Shown in pieces: positions 29,667-40,489 of a DNA stretch of 64,000 nucleotides. A program made the position numbers and the translations under genes. Under the pieces are notes generated by a model. The model saw only the letters and a program-made list of their open reading frames with translations. It was not told where the DNA came from and made no database searches. How positions within the stretch are numbered: position 1 is the first letter of the stretch; every line of letters begins with the position of its first letter. The DNA comes from an uncultured delta proteobacterium (GTDB lineage: Bacteria > Desulfobacterota > Binatia > HRBIN30 > BPIQ01), in contig CAVXGR010000012.1 of NCBI GenBank assembly GCA_963761335.1, positions 32,001 to 96,000 of the forward strand, written 5' to 3'.

Positions 29667-31758
29667 TCAGACGTGCTCCGCCATGTCGTCGAGGAACTCC
29701 GACGCGGGCTCGACGCTGGTGACCAGGAGATGGTCGCGGGCGCGGGTGCAGGCGACGTAGAGGAGGTGGCGCTCGGTGTCGTAGACCTCCTGCAGGTCGG
29801 CGTCGTCGCCGACGTTCTCGATGCGTTTCTGCAGGGGGAGGACCTCGTCATCGCAGGCCATGACGACGACGGCGCGGAACTCGAGGCCCTTGGCGAGGTG
29901 CATGGTGCTGATCGAGGCGTGGCCGCTGGCGGTCTCGACGTGCTCGTCGAGGACCTTGAAGGGCAGGGCGGCGCGCCCGACCGCGGCCCGGGCACGGTTC
30001 AGCTGCGCTTCGGAGCGCACGAAGACGCCGATCTCGTGCGGGAGCAAACCCTCACCGGCTCGCTCGGCGAGCCATTTGCCCACCGCCTCGGTCTCCTCGC
30101 CTTCAGTCTTCAATCTGCGGATCTCGGGCGGCGGGCCGTTGAAGACCGAGACTGTGTCGCTCCGGTCCTCGCTGTTCTCGTCGACGTCGGTAACCACGGG
30201 GCCGAGCAGGCGGTCGGCCTGCGTGCGGATCTGGTGCGAGGTGCGGTAATTCACGCGGAGCGTCCGGGAGCGCCCGCGAATATCGACCCCAAGGCCCTTC
30301 CAGGAGAAGGGCTGTTGAAATATGCGCTGGCCGAGGTCGCCGGCGAAGAAGAGCGCATTCGGCCGATCTCCCCCGAGCGCAGCGAGGAAGCGGAGCTGCG
30401 CGATGCTGATGTCCTGTGACTCGTCGACCACGGCGAAATCGAAGATGAGATTCCTGCTCCGAGCAAGCGCGGCGGCGAGAGAGCTGAACAGCTCCGCATA
30501 GGTGATCACGCCGGCACTCCGCAGCCCGGTGCGCACGCGCTCGAAGATGGACCACAGGACGGCGCGCTGCGCTTTCGGGGAGACGGGTCTTCCTGCCGAG
30601 ACGAGCCACATCGCGATAGGCCTCCCAGCTGTCGAGCTGCCAGGCGTCGACTACCTGCTCCCATTCGACCAGGAGAAACGGCAGCCCGAACCTATGCCCG
30701 CTCTCTGCCGCTGCCGCCTCTCGAAGCAGATCCCGAATCACCTCGCCTCCGGCAATCGTCGCCTGCCCTACATGCGCCCGATACAACCGCAGGCCGATCG
30801 CATCGAGCGAGTGAACGTCGATCCGTTCTCCGAGACGCGGCTCATTGCCGAGCAGGCGCCTGAGCTTGGTGTGCAGCGCATGAGCCAGCGTCTCGGAGAA
30901 GGTGGCGAGCAGAACGCGCGCTTCCGGATTCGTCCGCGCCAGGTAAGCCGCCCGGTGCAGCGCCACGATCGTCTTGCCCGTTCCGGCCGATCCGGAGACA
31001 CGCGCAGGGCCATTGAAGTCGCGCTCCACCAACTGGCGCTGCTCGGGATGCAGAAAGACCGTCCACTTCTCCCACGGAAACTCGAGAGCGCGTTGCAGCT
31101 CTTCGAGGTCCTTCATGACCCGGAAGCGCCGCTGGGCGTCGGGATGCTGGAAGGCGCTGCCCGCGGCGACCGGCTCGGGGACGCGTGGGCTCCCCCCGGT
31201 GGCGAGCTCCAGTAGTGCCTCCGCGGCCTCCGCGGGCAGGTGGTCCGCGAGGATAAGCAGGCTGTCGTCAGTTGCCTGCTTCACATCGGGAAGCCACTCG
31301 GCAGGCACGCCGTAGCCGAGAAGCTCCTCGTCGGACTTCCCGGCAAAGAGGGGCGTCTTGCGTTCCGCGGGTCTGGGCGGTGCGGAGACCTCCGCCTTCA
31401 CGTACACCGGCACGAACACTTCCCTGACGGTTTCGCGGATCTCGACCAGCTGGGCCGCGCCCGTCTTCGGATGCGTCTCCAGCTTTCGGCGCTCGGCCCA
31501 GTCGTAGGCCTTGTCGTGGTGATCGACGTAGCAGAGCAGGATGCTGCCTTCGCTGCGGTGGACGATCAGGCGAATGTCGCCGCTCACCCGCACCGACCAG
31601 AAGTTCCTGTCCCTGGCCTTGTCGAGCCGGTGAAAGCTCAGCCCCGGATTTGCCGGGTTCATCTGCAGATCGAAGGCCGTGGTCTTGGCGGCCTTCTGCT
31701 CGTCGGCGGTAAGACGGAGAAGGCTGTCAGTGAAGGTGTCGGAGATGCGAAGATTCAT
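29667..31758 (-). CDS. UvrD/REP-like SF1 helicase with N-terminal RelE/ParE-like domain; one frameshift at about 30574
   Basis: GSAGTGKT, VDESQD, TMHLAKGLEF, LYVACTRAR; N-terminal FWSVRVSGDIRLIV..HDKAY; split over track ORFs 30103-31758 and 29667-30611. Confidence 0.88.
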
Positions 31759-31848
31759 CGTTTCCAGTTCAATCGTTTGAACGACAGGGTAGCTCAGCGC
31801 ATCCGGGGGCGGTGCGCCATCCTCATGGTCGCACAGGCATTACCACGA

Positions 31849-32730
31849 CTAGGCGCCCTCCCGTGACCGAAAGCACTGTTTGCATACGTCGTGCGGGCGT
31901 TGTTGATCTCTCCAAGTTGGTTCCGCGGAGCTTCCACAGAACCGACATCTCTTCGACAAACCCGCGGCCACGACGTCTTCAGCTACCGGAGTAGCACCTG
32001 AGCGCATGGTAGCAAGTTCATCCCGTAGCTGATTGAGTCTCGTATCCCAAGCCCGCCTTCTGAATATATCGAGACAAATCACAGCAGAAAAAGCTACTGT
32101 TCCGATCAGGAGTCCACCACGACCCAAAAGCCATACAAGGCCAATAAGACACAGAATGATGGCGGGGATCTGCGACTTGTAGTCTTTTGGAGGCTTTAGC
32201 GTTGGAAGGGGGCACAGCGGCACAACTTGGCTAGTTCGAGGGCAAAATACCGCAAAAGGAGTCCAGTTCTCAAAATGGCAGTCATCCGCCGGAGGGGGGT
32301 TGAATCCACCCTTGGCAAAATACACGACGATCTCATCGCCCGCATCGATTGAGTACGTCGCTGCAATTGGAATCTCTCGCGCGACGAAGTAGTGACGGCT
32401 AGAGTAGTCCCGCAATTTGAACTGAACGTCGGTTCTGTGGAAATGCTCTGTCTTCGAGCTGGCCTTGGCTCCTCCAAGGAAAAGTCCCCATTCGGTAGAT
32501 ATCGGATGAGTTGCGCCACCACCGAGTACGGAATGCGAGGACCGAGAACTGACAGGAACCGTCTGAACTCTCGAGGTCTCGACTCGACAGTTCGCGGAGG
32601 CAAACACCAGTCCACGAAGCTGAAACTCACTTAGATTGCTGACGATCATCTGCGGCAGATCGTCAATGGTAAGATACAGCCTTTCGGGCCGCGGTTCAGC
32701 CGTTTGGGCAGCATCGATTTCACTGGCCAT
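31849..32730 (-). CDS. Hypothetical membrane protein with C-terminal CxxC..CxxC
   Basis: Two hydrophobic segments, CRFC and CKQC; visibly more AT-rich than its neighbours. Confidence 0.7.
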   Translation of the reverse strand: MASEIDAAQTAEPRPERLYLTIDDLPQMIVSNLSEFQLRGLVFASANCRVETSRVQTVPVSSRSSHSVLGGGATHPISTEWGLFLGGAKASSKTEHFHRTDVQFKLRDYSSRHYFVAREIPIAATYSIDAGDEIVVYFAKGGFNPPPADDCHFENWTPFAVFCPRTSQVVPLCPLPTLKPPKDYKSQIPAIILCLIGLVWLLGRGGLLIGTVAFSAVICLDIFRRRAWDTRLNQLRDELATMRSGATPVAEDVVAAGLSKRCRFCGSSAEPTWRDQQRPHDVCKQCFRSREGA

Positions 32731-32745
32731 CTGGGTGCCTCCGAA

Positions 32746-35541
32746 TCAGACGCGAAAGACCTTCATGACCTCATCGCCGAGGTGGTTGATGACCTTCACG
32801 GCGATACGGCCGTTCTTGGGCCTTTCGAACGGGCGGGAGGTGTCGCTGTTCAGGGTCGCCCAGGCGTCCGGGTCGATCTCGGCCTTGAGGGTGGTCTTGA
32901 GGGCGCTGTATGGGTCGTTGGCGCCGAGGAAGTAGGCGTGGCGGACGAAGAAGCTCTCCTCGTTGTAGTCGGTGTCGATGAACCAGCAGGCGATGTTCTC
33001 GGGGCCGTCGCTGATGATCTCACCCGTCTGCGGCTTGAAGACATCGACGCCGTTCACCTTCACGCGCAGGCGGCCGTCCTTCTCGGTCAGGAGGGTGATG
33101 TCGGGCTCCCCGAAAATGACGAAGAGGTTACCCTTGCCGGTGTTCTTCAGGTCGCCGGCCATGTGCAGATCGGCGTTCATACGCGCCTTGAGGACCGGGA
33201 TGCGGCCGAGATTGTTGAACTCGGTGGTGTGCGCCTCGTAGTTGAAGGCGCAGGCGATAAGGACGTCGAAGCCGGCATCGCCGGCCTCACGGGCGGCGGC
33301 GACCAGGTCGGCGCGCAGGACAGTGCCGAACTCGGGACCGATGAAGATGGCGGCGCGCTTCTCGGTGTCGCCCTCCAGGTATCGCCCCTCGGCGCAGACG
33401 AGGTCGCCGGGCCATGGCGTGAGCGCCGTAAAGGCGATCCGGTCCTCCTTGTGCGCCTGCTGCACGCCCGCGGTCTTGAGGTTCTCCAGGATCATCTGCG
33501 GGAACGATTGCCTTGCGGCGTAATCGGAGCCCGGGTCCCCCACCGAATCGATCAGCTCCTCGTTCTCGTCCACGCCGAGGACGCGGTGCGGGCTCAGGCT
33601 CTCCACGGTGAATGGCCCGGCAACCCTGACCTTCCGCTTGTCCTCGTAGGGCTTGTCGTAGAGGTACTCGAACTCCGCCCTCGCAGCGATGGAGGCGTCG
33701 ATCTCCTTCTGGCGGGCGATCCGAGCCGCCCACCAGTCCGCGTGCAGCTTCCTCACGGATGCGTGCCAGGTGGAGTCGGCCTCGCGCGGGATCTGCCACT
33801 CTTCCCAGCCTTCCTTGAGCGCCGCGTTGAGCTTTTCTCGCAGAGGCTCCAACGTGGCCTGCCATTTCTCCCAGATGACGTCGATCTCCGCGTTGTTGGC
33901 GATGGACTTCAGCGTGATGTGCGGCACGCGTTCATAGACGAAGCCGTAGCGGATGCTCCCGTGAACAGCCTGCGAGCTCGGGGCTGTTCGAGTCACCTCG
34001 GAATCCTTCAGCTGGCCCTCGCGGGAATCGGCGAGGAGGTAGTATGGATAGCGCGCGCCCATGATACGGGCGCGGGCGAGAGCCAATGCGACGCGCGAGG
34101 TGTCGACTGTGATCCAGCGGCGGCCCCATTGCTCCGCGACGTATGCAGTCGTGCCGGAACCGCATGTCGGATCGAGAACCAGATCCTCAGGGTCGCTTGT
34201 CATAAGTAGACAACGCTGAGCAATTTTGACGCTCGTCTGGACGACGTAGACCTTCTCCTCAGTGAAGGAGCCTGTCAATGTGTCAGTCCACAGATTTGAA
34301 ATTGGCGACACCGGAAAATCGTCGATGAATCGGATATAGCTAAGGCTGTTCCGTGCTAACCCGAGTCGCCAAGCCCTGCTCAGTCTCGCCATCCCCGCTG
34401 CGGGAGTCTTCCAGTATCCTGTGGGGCTAAAGTCACGGCCCTGTTCTGTCCATTCGTACCTTGTCGTTGAAGCCGCACTCTGCGAGGTTAGTGTGTCATG
34501 GCGGAAAATTTTGGCAGTGGCCGGCACATTTGTCCGGTCACCTCGCTCGGCGCTACTCATCGGGCGCCTTTGGTAGTCGTCAAATTGGAGTTTTGAATAT
34601 TGGCCACCTGCCGTGAAATCCTCCGCTTTCTCGGAGAAAGGCTGGCGGTACTTTACTGCTGATAGGGACTTGGCATACCAGAGAAGTTGGTCGAAAACCG
34701 ATGGAAGAACGTCCGTTCTCACTGACGGGCTGCCAGCCCCACTTGTCTTCTTAAACGAGATTGCTGAAGCACAATTCTCAGGTCCAAACACCTCGTCTAG
34801 AAGCGCGCGCACCCGATGCACGTTCTCATCACCGATCTGCACGAAAATCGAGCCAGAATCAGCGAGTAGATCTCGCGCAACTGTGAGCCGGTCTCTCAGA
34901 TAAGTGAGATAGCTGTTGATTCCATCCCGCCATGTGTCCCGGAACGCCTTCACCTGCTCCGGCTCACGTGTGATATGCTCGACCTTCCCATCCTTCACAT
35001 CGCGGCTGGTGGTGGACCACTGGAAGTTGCTGTTGAACTTGATGCCGTAAGGCGGGTCCAGGTAGATGCACTGCACCTTACCCCGCAGCCCTTCGCGCTC
35101 AGCCAGGCTCGCCATCACCTGCAGGGAGTCGCCGAGGATCATGCGGTTCGACCAGTTCTGGTCGTGCTGGTAGAACTCGGTCTTGTCCACGCCGGCGGGA
35201 ATGCCGTTGAAGTCCGCGAACAGGTCCGGCTGTGCGCCGGCCTCCTGAGCCTTTGTCTGCTGCGTCTGCCGCAGCAGGTCGTCGATCAGGACCTTGGGGT
35301 GTACCTTCTCCTGGACGTAGAGCGGCGGGGCGTGGACGACGAGATCGCTCCAGTCCTGCTCGTCCTTGCCGCGCCAGACGAGCTGCGGGTCGAGGTCGGT
35401 GTTGCGCGGATAGCGCAGCTCGATGGGCTTCTGCTCCTGCTCGTCGAGGACGGACTGGAACTCCGCCGTCGGGATGTTCTTGCGCTTGGCCTCGTCGTGC
35501 TTGAGGGTCGCGACCGTCTTCTTCTTCGAATTCTTCGCCAT
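32746..35541 (-). CDS. mod: Type III RM DNA methyltransferase (Mod)
   Basis: Own ATG at 35541 (MAKNSKKK), NRMILGDSL, YLDPPY, LDPTCGSGTT. Confidence 0.93.
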   Translation of the reverse strand: MAKNSKKKTVATLKHDEAKRKNIPTAEFQSVLDEQEQKPIELRYPRNTDLDPQLVWRGKDEQDWSDLVVHAPPLYVQEKVHPKVLIDDLLRQTQQTKAQEAGAQPDLFADFNGIPAGVDKTEFYQHDQNWSNRMILGDSLQVMASLAEREGLRGKVQCIYLDPPYGIKFNSNFQWSTTSRDVKDGKVEHITREPEQVKAFRDTWRDGINSYLTYLRDRLTVARDLLADSGSIFVQIGDENVHRVRALLDEVFGPENCASAISFKKTSGAGSPSVRTDVLPSVFDQLLWYAKSLSAVKYRQPFSEKAEDFTAGGQYSKLQFDDYQRRPMSSAERGDRTNVPATAKIFRHDTLTSQSAASTTRYEWTEQGRDFSPTGYWKTPAAGMARLSRAWRLGLARNSLSYIRFIDDFPVSPISNLWTDTLTGSFTEEKVYVVQTSVKIAQRCLLMTSDPEDLVLDPTCGSGTTAYVAEQWGRRWITVDTSRVALALARARIMGARYPYYLLADSREGQLKDSEVTRTAPSSQAVHGSIRYGFVYERVPHITLKSIANNAEIDVIWEKWQATLEPLREKLNAALKEGWEEWQIPREADSTWHASVRKLHADWWAARIARQKEIDASIAARAEFEYLYDKPYEDKRKVRVAGPFTVESLSPHRVLGVDENEELIDSVGDPGSDYAARQSFPQMILENLKTAGVQQAHKEDRIAFTALTPWPGDLVCAEGRYLEGDTEKRAAIFIGPEFGTVLRADLVAAAREAGDAGFDVLIACAFNYEAHTTEFNNLGRIPVLKARMNADLHMAGDLKNTGKGNLFVIFGEPDITLLTEKDGRLRVKVNGVDVFKPQTGEIISDGPENIACWFIDTDYNEESFFVRHAYFLGANDPYSALKTTLKAEIDPDAWATLNSDTSRPFERPKNGRIAVKVINHLGDEVMKVFRV

Positions 35542-35543
35542 CC

Positions 35544-38500
35544 TCAACTCGCCCCCGGCACCGTGGCCGCCTGAATCATCCGGTTGAACTCGCTCTCCAC
35601 CCTGGCCTCGAAGTCGGCCTGGATCTGGTAGATCTCGGTGAGCTCGGCAAAGGCCCAGCGTCCGTGGGTTCCGAGGTGATTCACGCCGGGAACCCAGTAG
35701 GTGTCCATCGTCGACTTCTTGTCCTTGGCGTCCTCGCCGCGGTAGCCCTTGATCTCGACGACGAGATGGAGCGGATCTTCGGCGCCGTGTCCGTCGTCGA
35801 CGAGGACGATGAAGTCGGGCAGGTACTTGCGCATTTCCGACCCGTAGCGATAGGGGACCTCGAAGCCGAGATTGTGGTTCTTCACGTATGCCAAGACCTT
35901 GCGGGTGCGATTCCACCACCCGGCAGAGTTCGGCCTCCCAGTCGCTGTCGAGCACGACCCAGTTGATGTGGCAGCGCGCCGGGCTCGTCTCCCAGCGGTC
36001 GGGCCTCGAGGTGTTGAAGCGCACGTGGGCGGTGGATCCCGTGGGATTGAACGGATCGAGCAGCACCTTCACCGGGCGGCGGTCGAGAAACTGCTGGGTG
36101 ATCGCCGCGGTGATGCGGCTGCAGGCCATGTCGGCCAGCTCCTGGTACATGAGCTGTGCGGGATAGGTTCCTCCCTTGCACACGAGACATGTGTCGAGCC
36201 ACTGCTTGGCGATCCGCTTGAGCTGGCCGAACAGGTAGAGCTTCGGCTCCTCGCCCGGATCGCGCCACTTGGTGTAGAGCAGGTGGCGGGTCAGGTGCAG
36301 GAGGATCGTCGAAGGCCGCATGTCGCCAAGGTGCTTGAGGCTCATGTCCGCCTCCGCGCCGATGATCCCCTGGTTCCGGGTGATCGACGGCCCGACCAGG
36401 GCGGGGCTGAGGTCGAGGACTGAATCGGGGTTGAAGGTGGCGGTCAGCCGTTCCTCGGGCAGCTCGACGCGATAGCCCTCGACCCGGGGAAAGCGGATCT
36501 CCAGGGCGTCACGGTCGGGACGCACAGCCTTGACCAGAACCGTCTCCCGAGGCGGCTGCGGCGGCGCGATGACCGGCTTGGCCGTGAAGTCGAAGGGGAC
36601 GCCGAAGATGTCGGCATACTCGACGTTGAACAGCTTCTCCTCGTTGAGCTCGTAGGACTGGCGGCGCAGGGCGCGGCCGATGACCTGCTCGCAGAGGAGC
36701 TGCGTGCCGAAGGCGCGGATGCCGAGGACGTGGGTCACGGTGTTGGCATCCCAGCCCTCGGTGAGCATCGACACCGAGACGACGCAGCGGATACCGCCAC
36801 CGAGCTGGCCGGGCTTGCCGACGGTGTTCATGACCTCGCGGAGCAGCTCCTGGTCGGTGATCGTCTCGCCGGCGCGAGTGTCACCCGTGCGCTCGACGAT
36901 CTCACGCCGGAACCGCTCGATCTCGTCCGCCGCCATGTTGCGGAAGTTGTCGTCGAGGGCGTCGCCGGCCTCGAGCTGCTCGCTGTCGATGAGCAGCGTG
37001 TTGGGCCGGGGAAGGGGATTGCCTGTTACCTCGTCGAAGTTGCGGAAGAGGGCCAGCTGGCCGTTCACCAGAGTGCTGCTTCCGTCCTCGTTCTTGCGGT
37101 GGAACCCCGAGACGAAGTCGTAGACGAGCTTCGAGATCGAGGTGTTCTGGCAGACGACGATGAAGCATGGAGGCACCTTGATGCCGGACTTCTGCCAGAG
37201 ATCGAAGGTCTGCTCGTAGTGGCCGTAGAGAGCCTGGAGGGCGGTCTGCAGCCGGGTGGGGAGCTTGAGCGGGTCGAGGTCGTCGCTCTTGCCGCGCCCC
37301 TTCTTTGGCATGTCCTTGCGGATGTTCTCCCAGAGATTGCGGAACATCGGCATCTCGTTCCCGGGGATGTTCTCCGCCACCGGGACGCGGGGCAGCTTGA
37401 CGATGCCGCATTCGATGGCGTCCATGAGGGAGAAGTCGCTCATGGTCCAGGGAAACAGCGTGCCCTCGGCGTACCCGGAGCCGCGCAGGAAGAACGGCGT
37501 CGCGGAGAGGTCGATGAGCCGGCTGATGCCGAGCTTGCGACTCACGGCCTCGAGGCCGGAGATCCAGAGGCGGGCCGCCTCGTTGTTCTTCTCCGCCTCC
37601 CTGCGCTCCTCCCCTTCGAGATCGGCCTCCTCGGCGCTCTTCGGCTTCTCGCGGTAGCAGTGGTGCGCCTCGTCGTTGATGACCAGGATGCTCTTCATGC
37701 CCATCAGCTCGGGCATCACGCGCTGCAGCATCTGGCCCTCGGTCTCCAGGGTTCGCGGCGGCTCTCCGGTGCGGCCCTGGAGGAGCTGGCGGCCGCCCTT
37801 GGACAGCTCGAGGCGCTCGCGCAGCTTGAAGGCGTGATAGTTGGTGACCACGATCTTCGCGCGATTCAAGTCGTCGAGCATGTCCGCCGGCACCAGCTCG
37901 CGATCGCGGTAGTAGGCGTCAGGGTCATTGGGCTGGAGGACGCGCAGGCGATCCTTGATCGTCAGGCCCGGTGCGCACACGAGAAAGCCGCGGGTGAAGG
38001 TCCTGCTCGCCGGGTGGCGCACGGCATTTACGGTCTGCCAGGCGATGAGCATCGCCATCACCGTCGTCTTGCCGGCACCGGTGGCGAGCTTCAGCGCCAG
38101 GCGCAGGAGCTCCGGGTTGGCGTCCCGGTTGGCGGCGGCGAGATGGTCGAGGAAGCGCCTGCCATTGGCGGACTGCGGCGCGACCTCGGTCAGCCAGATG
38201 GCGGTCTCCACCGCCTCCACCTGGCAGAAGAACGGGCGAATGGCGCTGAAGGTGTGATGCCGCCAGTGCTGGAGGAGGCGGGCGGTTTCCGGCGTGACCT
38301 GCCAGTGCGCGGAGGAGGGCAGAGAGCGCCAGGCGGCGACATGCTGGCGCACCTCATTGATGGTCGAGGTCGTGTCGTAGTGCTGCTCCCGGGTGGAGAG
38401 CCCCTTGCCCTCATCGAAGACGAGGCTCTCCTGCCTGGCGGCCCTTTTGTGCTTCTTCGGCTTGGGGATGGGCGTGATGAACTCGGCGCGGCGCCGGGTG

Positions 38501-38619
38501 TCGATGGTCCGCTGCGTCGGCTGGCCGTTCTCGTCCAGCTCCCAGTGCCGCTGCGGGCACTCGTAGGGGGAGTTCAGGATAGGGTGGTCGAAGAAGGGGT
38601 TGGAGATAGCCGCCGTCAT
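35544..38619 (-). CDS. res: Type III RM restriction subunit (Res); one frameshift at about 35900
   Basis: LATGAGKT, NDEAHH, MLTEGWD, EQVIGRALR; the nuclease end YLPDFIV..VEIKG lies in ORF 35544-35894. Confidence 0.9.
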
Positions 38620-38781
38620 TTCTCCAGTCCCATCGACATATTCTCCCACCGCAAGGCGAATCCCACAGAAGGAGAGCAGATACGAACAAACAGCGGGCGC
38701 AGTCAAGGATTGAGCTGGCGGGATTGAGCTGGCGGCCCGATGCGATAGAGAGTCGAGGCAGATTTCGGCGAGAGGAGAGCC

Positions 38782-39537
38782 ATGCCGCTTCACGTGTTGG
38801 TCGCAGCCCAGGATGAGATGGAAGGCGTCGAGAGGGCCGCGTCACGCCGCAGGTCGGTGCGCTGGAAGGTGCCGAAGGAGGCCCGGCGCGGCGATGAGGC
38901 CGCAGTATTCCTGCGGGGGCAGGGGTTCTTCGGGCTCGGCAGAATCGCCAGCCAGCCCTCTGCCAACCGGACCCGCCGCGGCTCGTATGTTGCCAGTGTC
39001 GACAGCCTCGAGGTCTTCCCCAAGCCGGTGCCCGAATCGCGAGTGTCGTGGCGGGTTCCAGAGTGGTCGTGGCTGAGCTATCCGCGGAGCTACACTACCC
39101 CGCCCGCGGAAGTAGCCGCCAGGCTTCGCTCTCTGTTCCAACGCTACCGGCCCGACGAGATCCCCGACGTCGACGAGCTGGAGGTCGAGGAAGGTGACCC
39201 ACACCTGCGAACCCACCTGGTACGAGAGCGCAATCGATCACTCATCGAGCGGAAGAAGAGGTCGGTTCTCAAGCGGCGAGGCCGCCTCGGCTGTGAGGTC
39301 TGCGGGCTCGACTTCCACGAGGTCTACGGCGCGAGAGGGGAGGGCTTCTGCGAGGTGCATCACCTGGCTCCGCTCGCGTCGTCGTCGGATGGCAAGCGGA
39401 CGGCTCTCTCGGATCTCGCCATCGTCTGCTCGAACTGCCACCGGATGCTGCACCGGGGAGAGTTGATTCCTCTTCGCCGGCTGAAGAAGATTGTCAGCGA
39501 GCAGCGGGCGCCGCAAGCAAAGAGGAGTCGAGGATGA
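38782..39537 (+). CDS. EVE/PUA-like + HNH endonuclease (McrA-like, putative modification-dependent)
   Basis: W..P..ARRGDEAAVF..GFFGLGRI N-domain; ERN..CEVCG..EVHH..VCSNCHRMLH. Confidence 0.85.
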   Translation: MPLHVLVAAQDEMEGVERAASRRRSVRWKVPKEARRGDEAAVFLRGQGFFGLGRIASQPSANRTRRGSYVASVDSLEVFPKPVPESRVSWRVPEWSWLSYPRSYTTPPAEVAARLRSLFQRYRPDEIPDVDELEVEEGDPHLRTHLVRERNRSLIERKKRSVLKRRGRLGCEVCGLDFHEVYGARGEGFCEVHHLAPLASSSDGKRTALSDLAIVCSNCHRMLHRGELIPLRRLKKIVSEQRAPQAKRSRG

Positions 39538-40187
39538 AGAGGGTTGAGTCCGGACGGGAAGGGACGCGGGAGGGATTCCCCGCAATCACGGTCCGGCAGC
39601 CTTGGGCCGACCTGATCGTCGCCGGTATCAAGGACGTCGAGAACCGGAGCTGGCGCACGAAGTTCCGAGGGCGGCTGCTCATCGTCGCGGGAAGCCGAGT
39701 CGAGCGCGAGGAGGTCGAGAAGTATCGCCGCGAGCTTCAGCTCAGGCCCGACCAGAAGTACGAACCTGGCAAGACGGCCGTGATCGGCATGGTCGAGGTG
39801 GTCGATTGCGTCCGACCACACCCGAGTCGGTGGTATTGTGAAGACCACTGGGCCTGGGTCTTACGCCGGGCGGTGCGGTTTCGCCAGCCTGTGCCCTTCA
39901 AGGGCCGTCTCAGCATCTTCCCGGTGCCGATCGCCAAGCTGCAGGGCACGGTGGCAGCCGAGCGAAACCCGGAAGCCTGGTGGGCTGATCCGATCATCTC
40001 TGCCTGCTGCTACGAACGCCCCGACTGCCGCTGCGGCGCCGAAACACCAGACACTCCGGCACCGAGAATTCGACCGCAAGCCGGCAATGGGCGAAAGAGA
40101 AAAATTGAATTCCGAAAAACGACCTCAAACAACCGATGCAACGAACCATCTCCAATTGCGTCTCACCAACGTGTCGATTTCCCTTGA
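39534..40187 (+). CDS. ASCH domain protein
   Basis: AITVRQPWADLIVAGIKDVENRSW..AVIGMVEVVDC..PVPFKGRLSIF; ATGA-coupled to the HNH gene. Confidence 0.9.
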   Translation: MKRVESGREGTREGFPAITVRQPWADLIVAGIKDVENRSWRTKFRGRLLIVAGSRVEREEVEKYRRELQLRPDQKYEPGKTAVIGMVEVVDCVRPHPSRWYCEDHWAWVLRRAVRFRQPVPFKGRLSIFPVPIAKLQGTVAAERNPEAWWADPIISACCYERPDCRCGAETPDTPAPRIRPQAGNGRKRKIEFRKTTSNNRCNEPSPIASHQRVDFP

Positions 40188-40489
40188 TCTGCGGATACGA
40201 ACTCGTCTATCAACCCTGGCGGAAATCGGCAAGAACGCCGAGATCCAGGAGGGAGGAACGACACGAAGTCTATTCTGCTGATGTCGCATCGGCGATTGCC
40301 GGCTGCCGTGCAGACCGGCCGCTGGTACATCGCAAGCACGACTAGCTCTCGATCGGTTGATTTGGCTGCCATCGAAGCCGCGCCACGTGGATCGCGCTTG
40401 TGGATTATCTGGTGCAGGGGGGTCTGCGACTCAGGACCGCCTCAAGCACAGTTCCGGAGAATAGAAGCCGATGGGGAGAGTCAACCTTG

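Noticed and set aside
28865..29995. 376-aa Abi protein with a Ser/Pro-rich N-terminal extension
   Set aside because: The extension is an off-frame read of the helicase 3' end; the plausible start is ATG 29659.
36730..38727. Long plus-strand ORFs opposite res, mod, tnpC and int (also 32704-34209, 44136-45656, 60017-61174)
   Set aside because: Typical high-GC antisense shadows without recognisable motifs.
32746..38793. Apparent 2015-aa Res-Mod fusion
   Set aside because: Artefact of one frameshift near 35900. The true Res nuclease end is in another frame with its own stop at 35544, and Mod has its own ATG at 35541.
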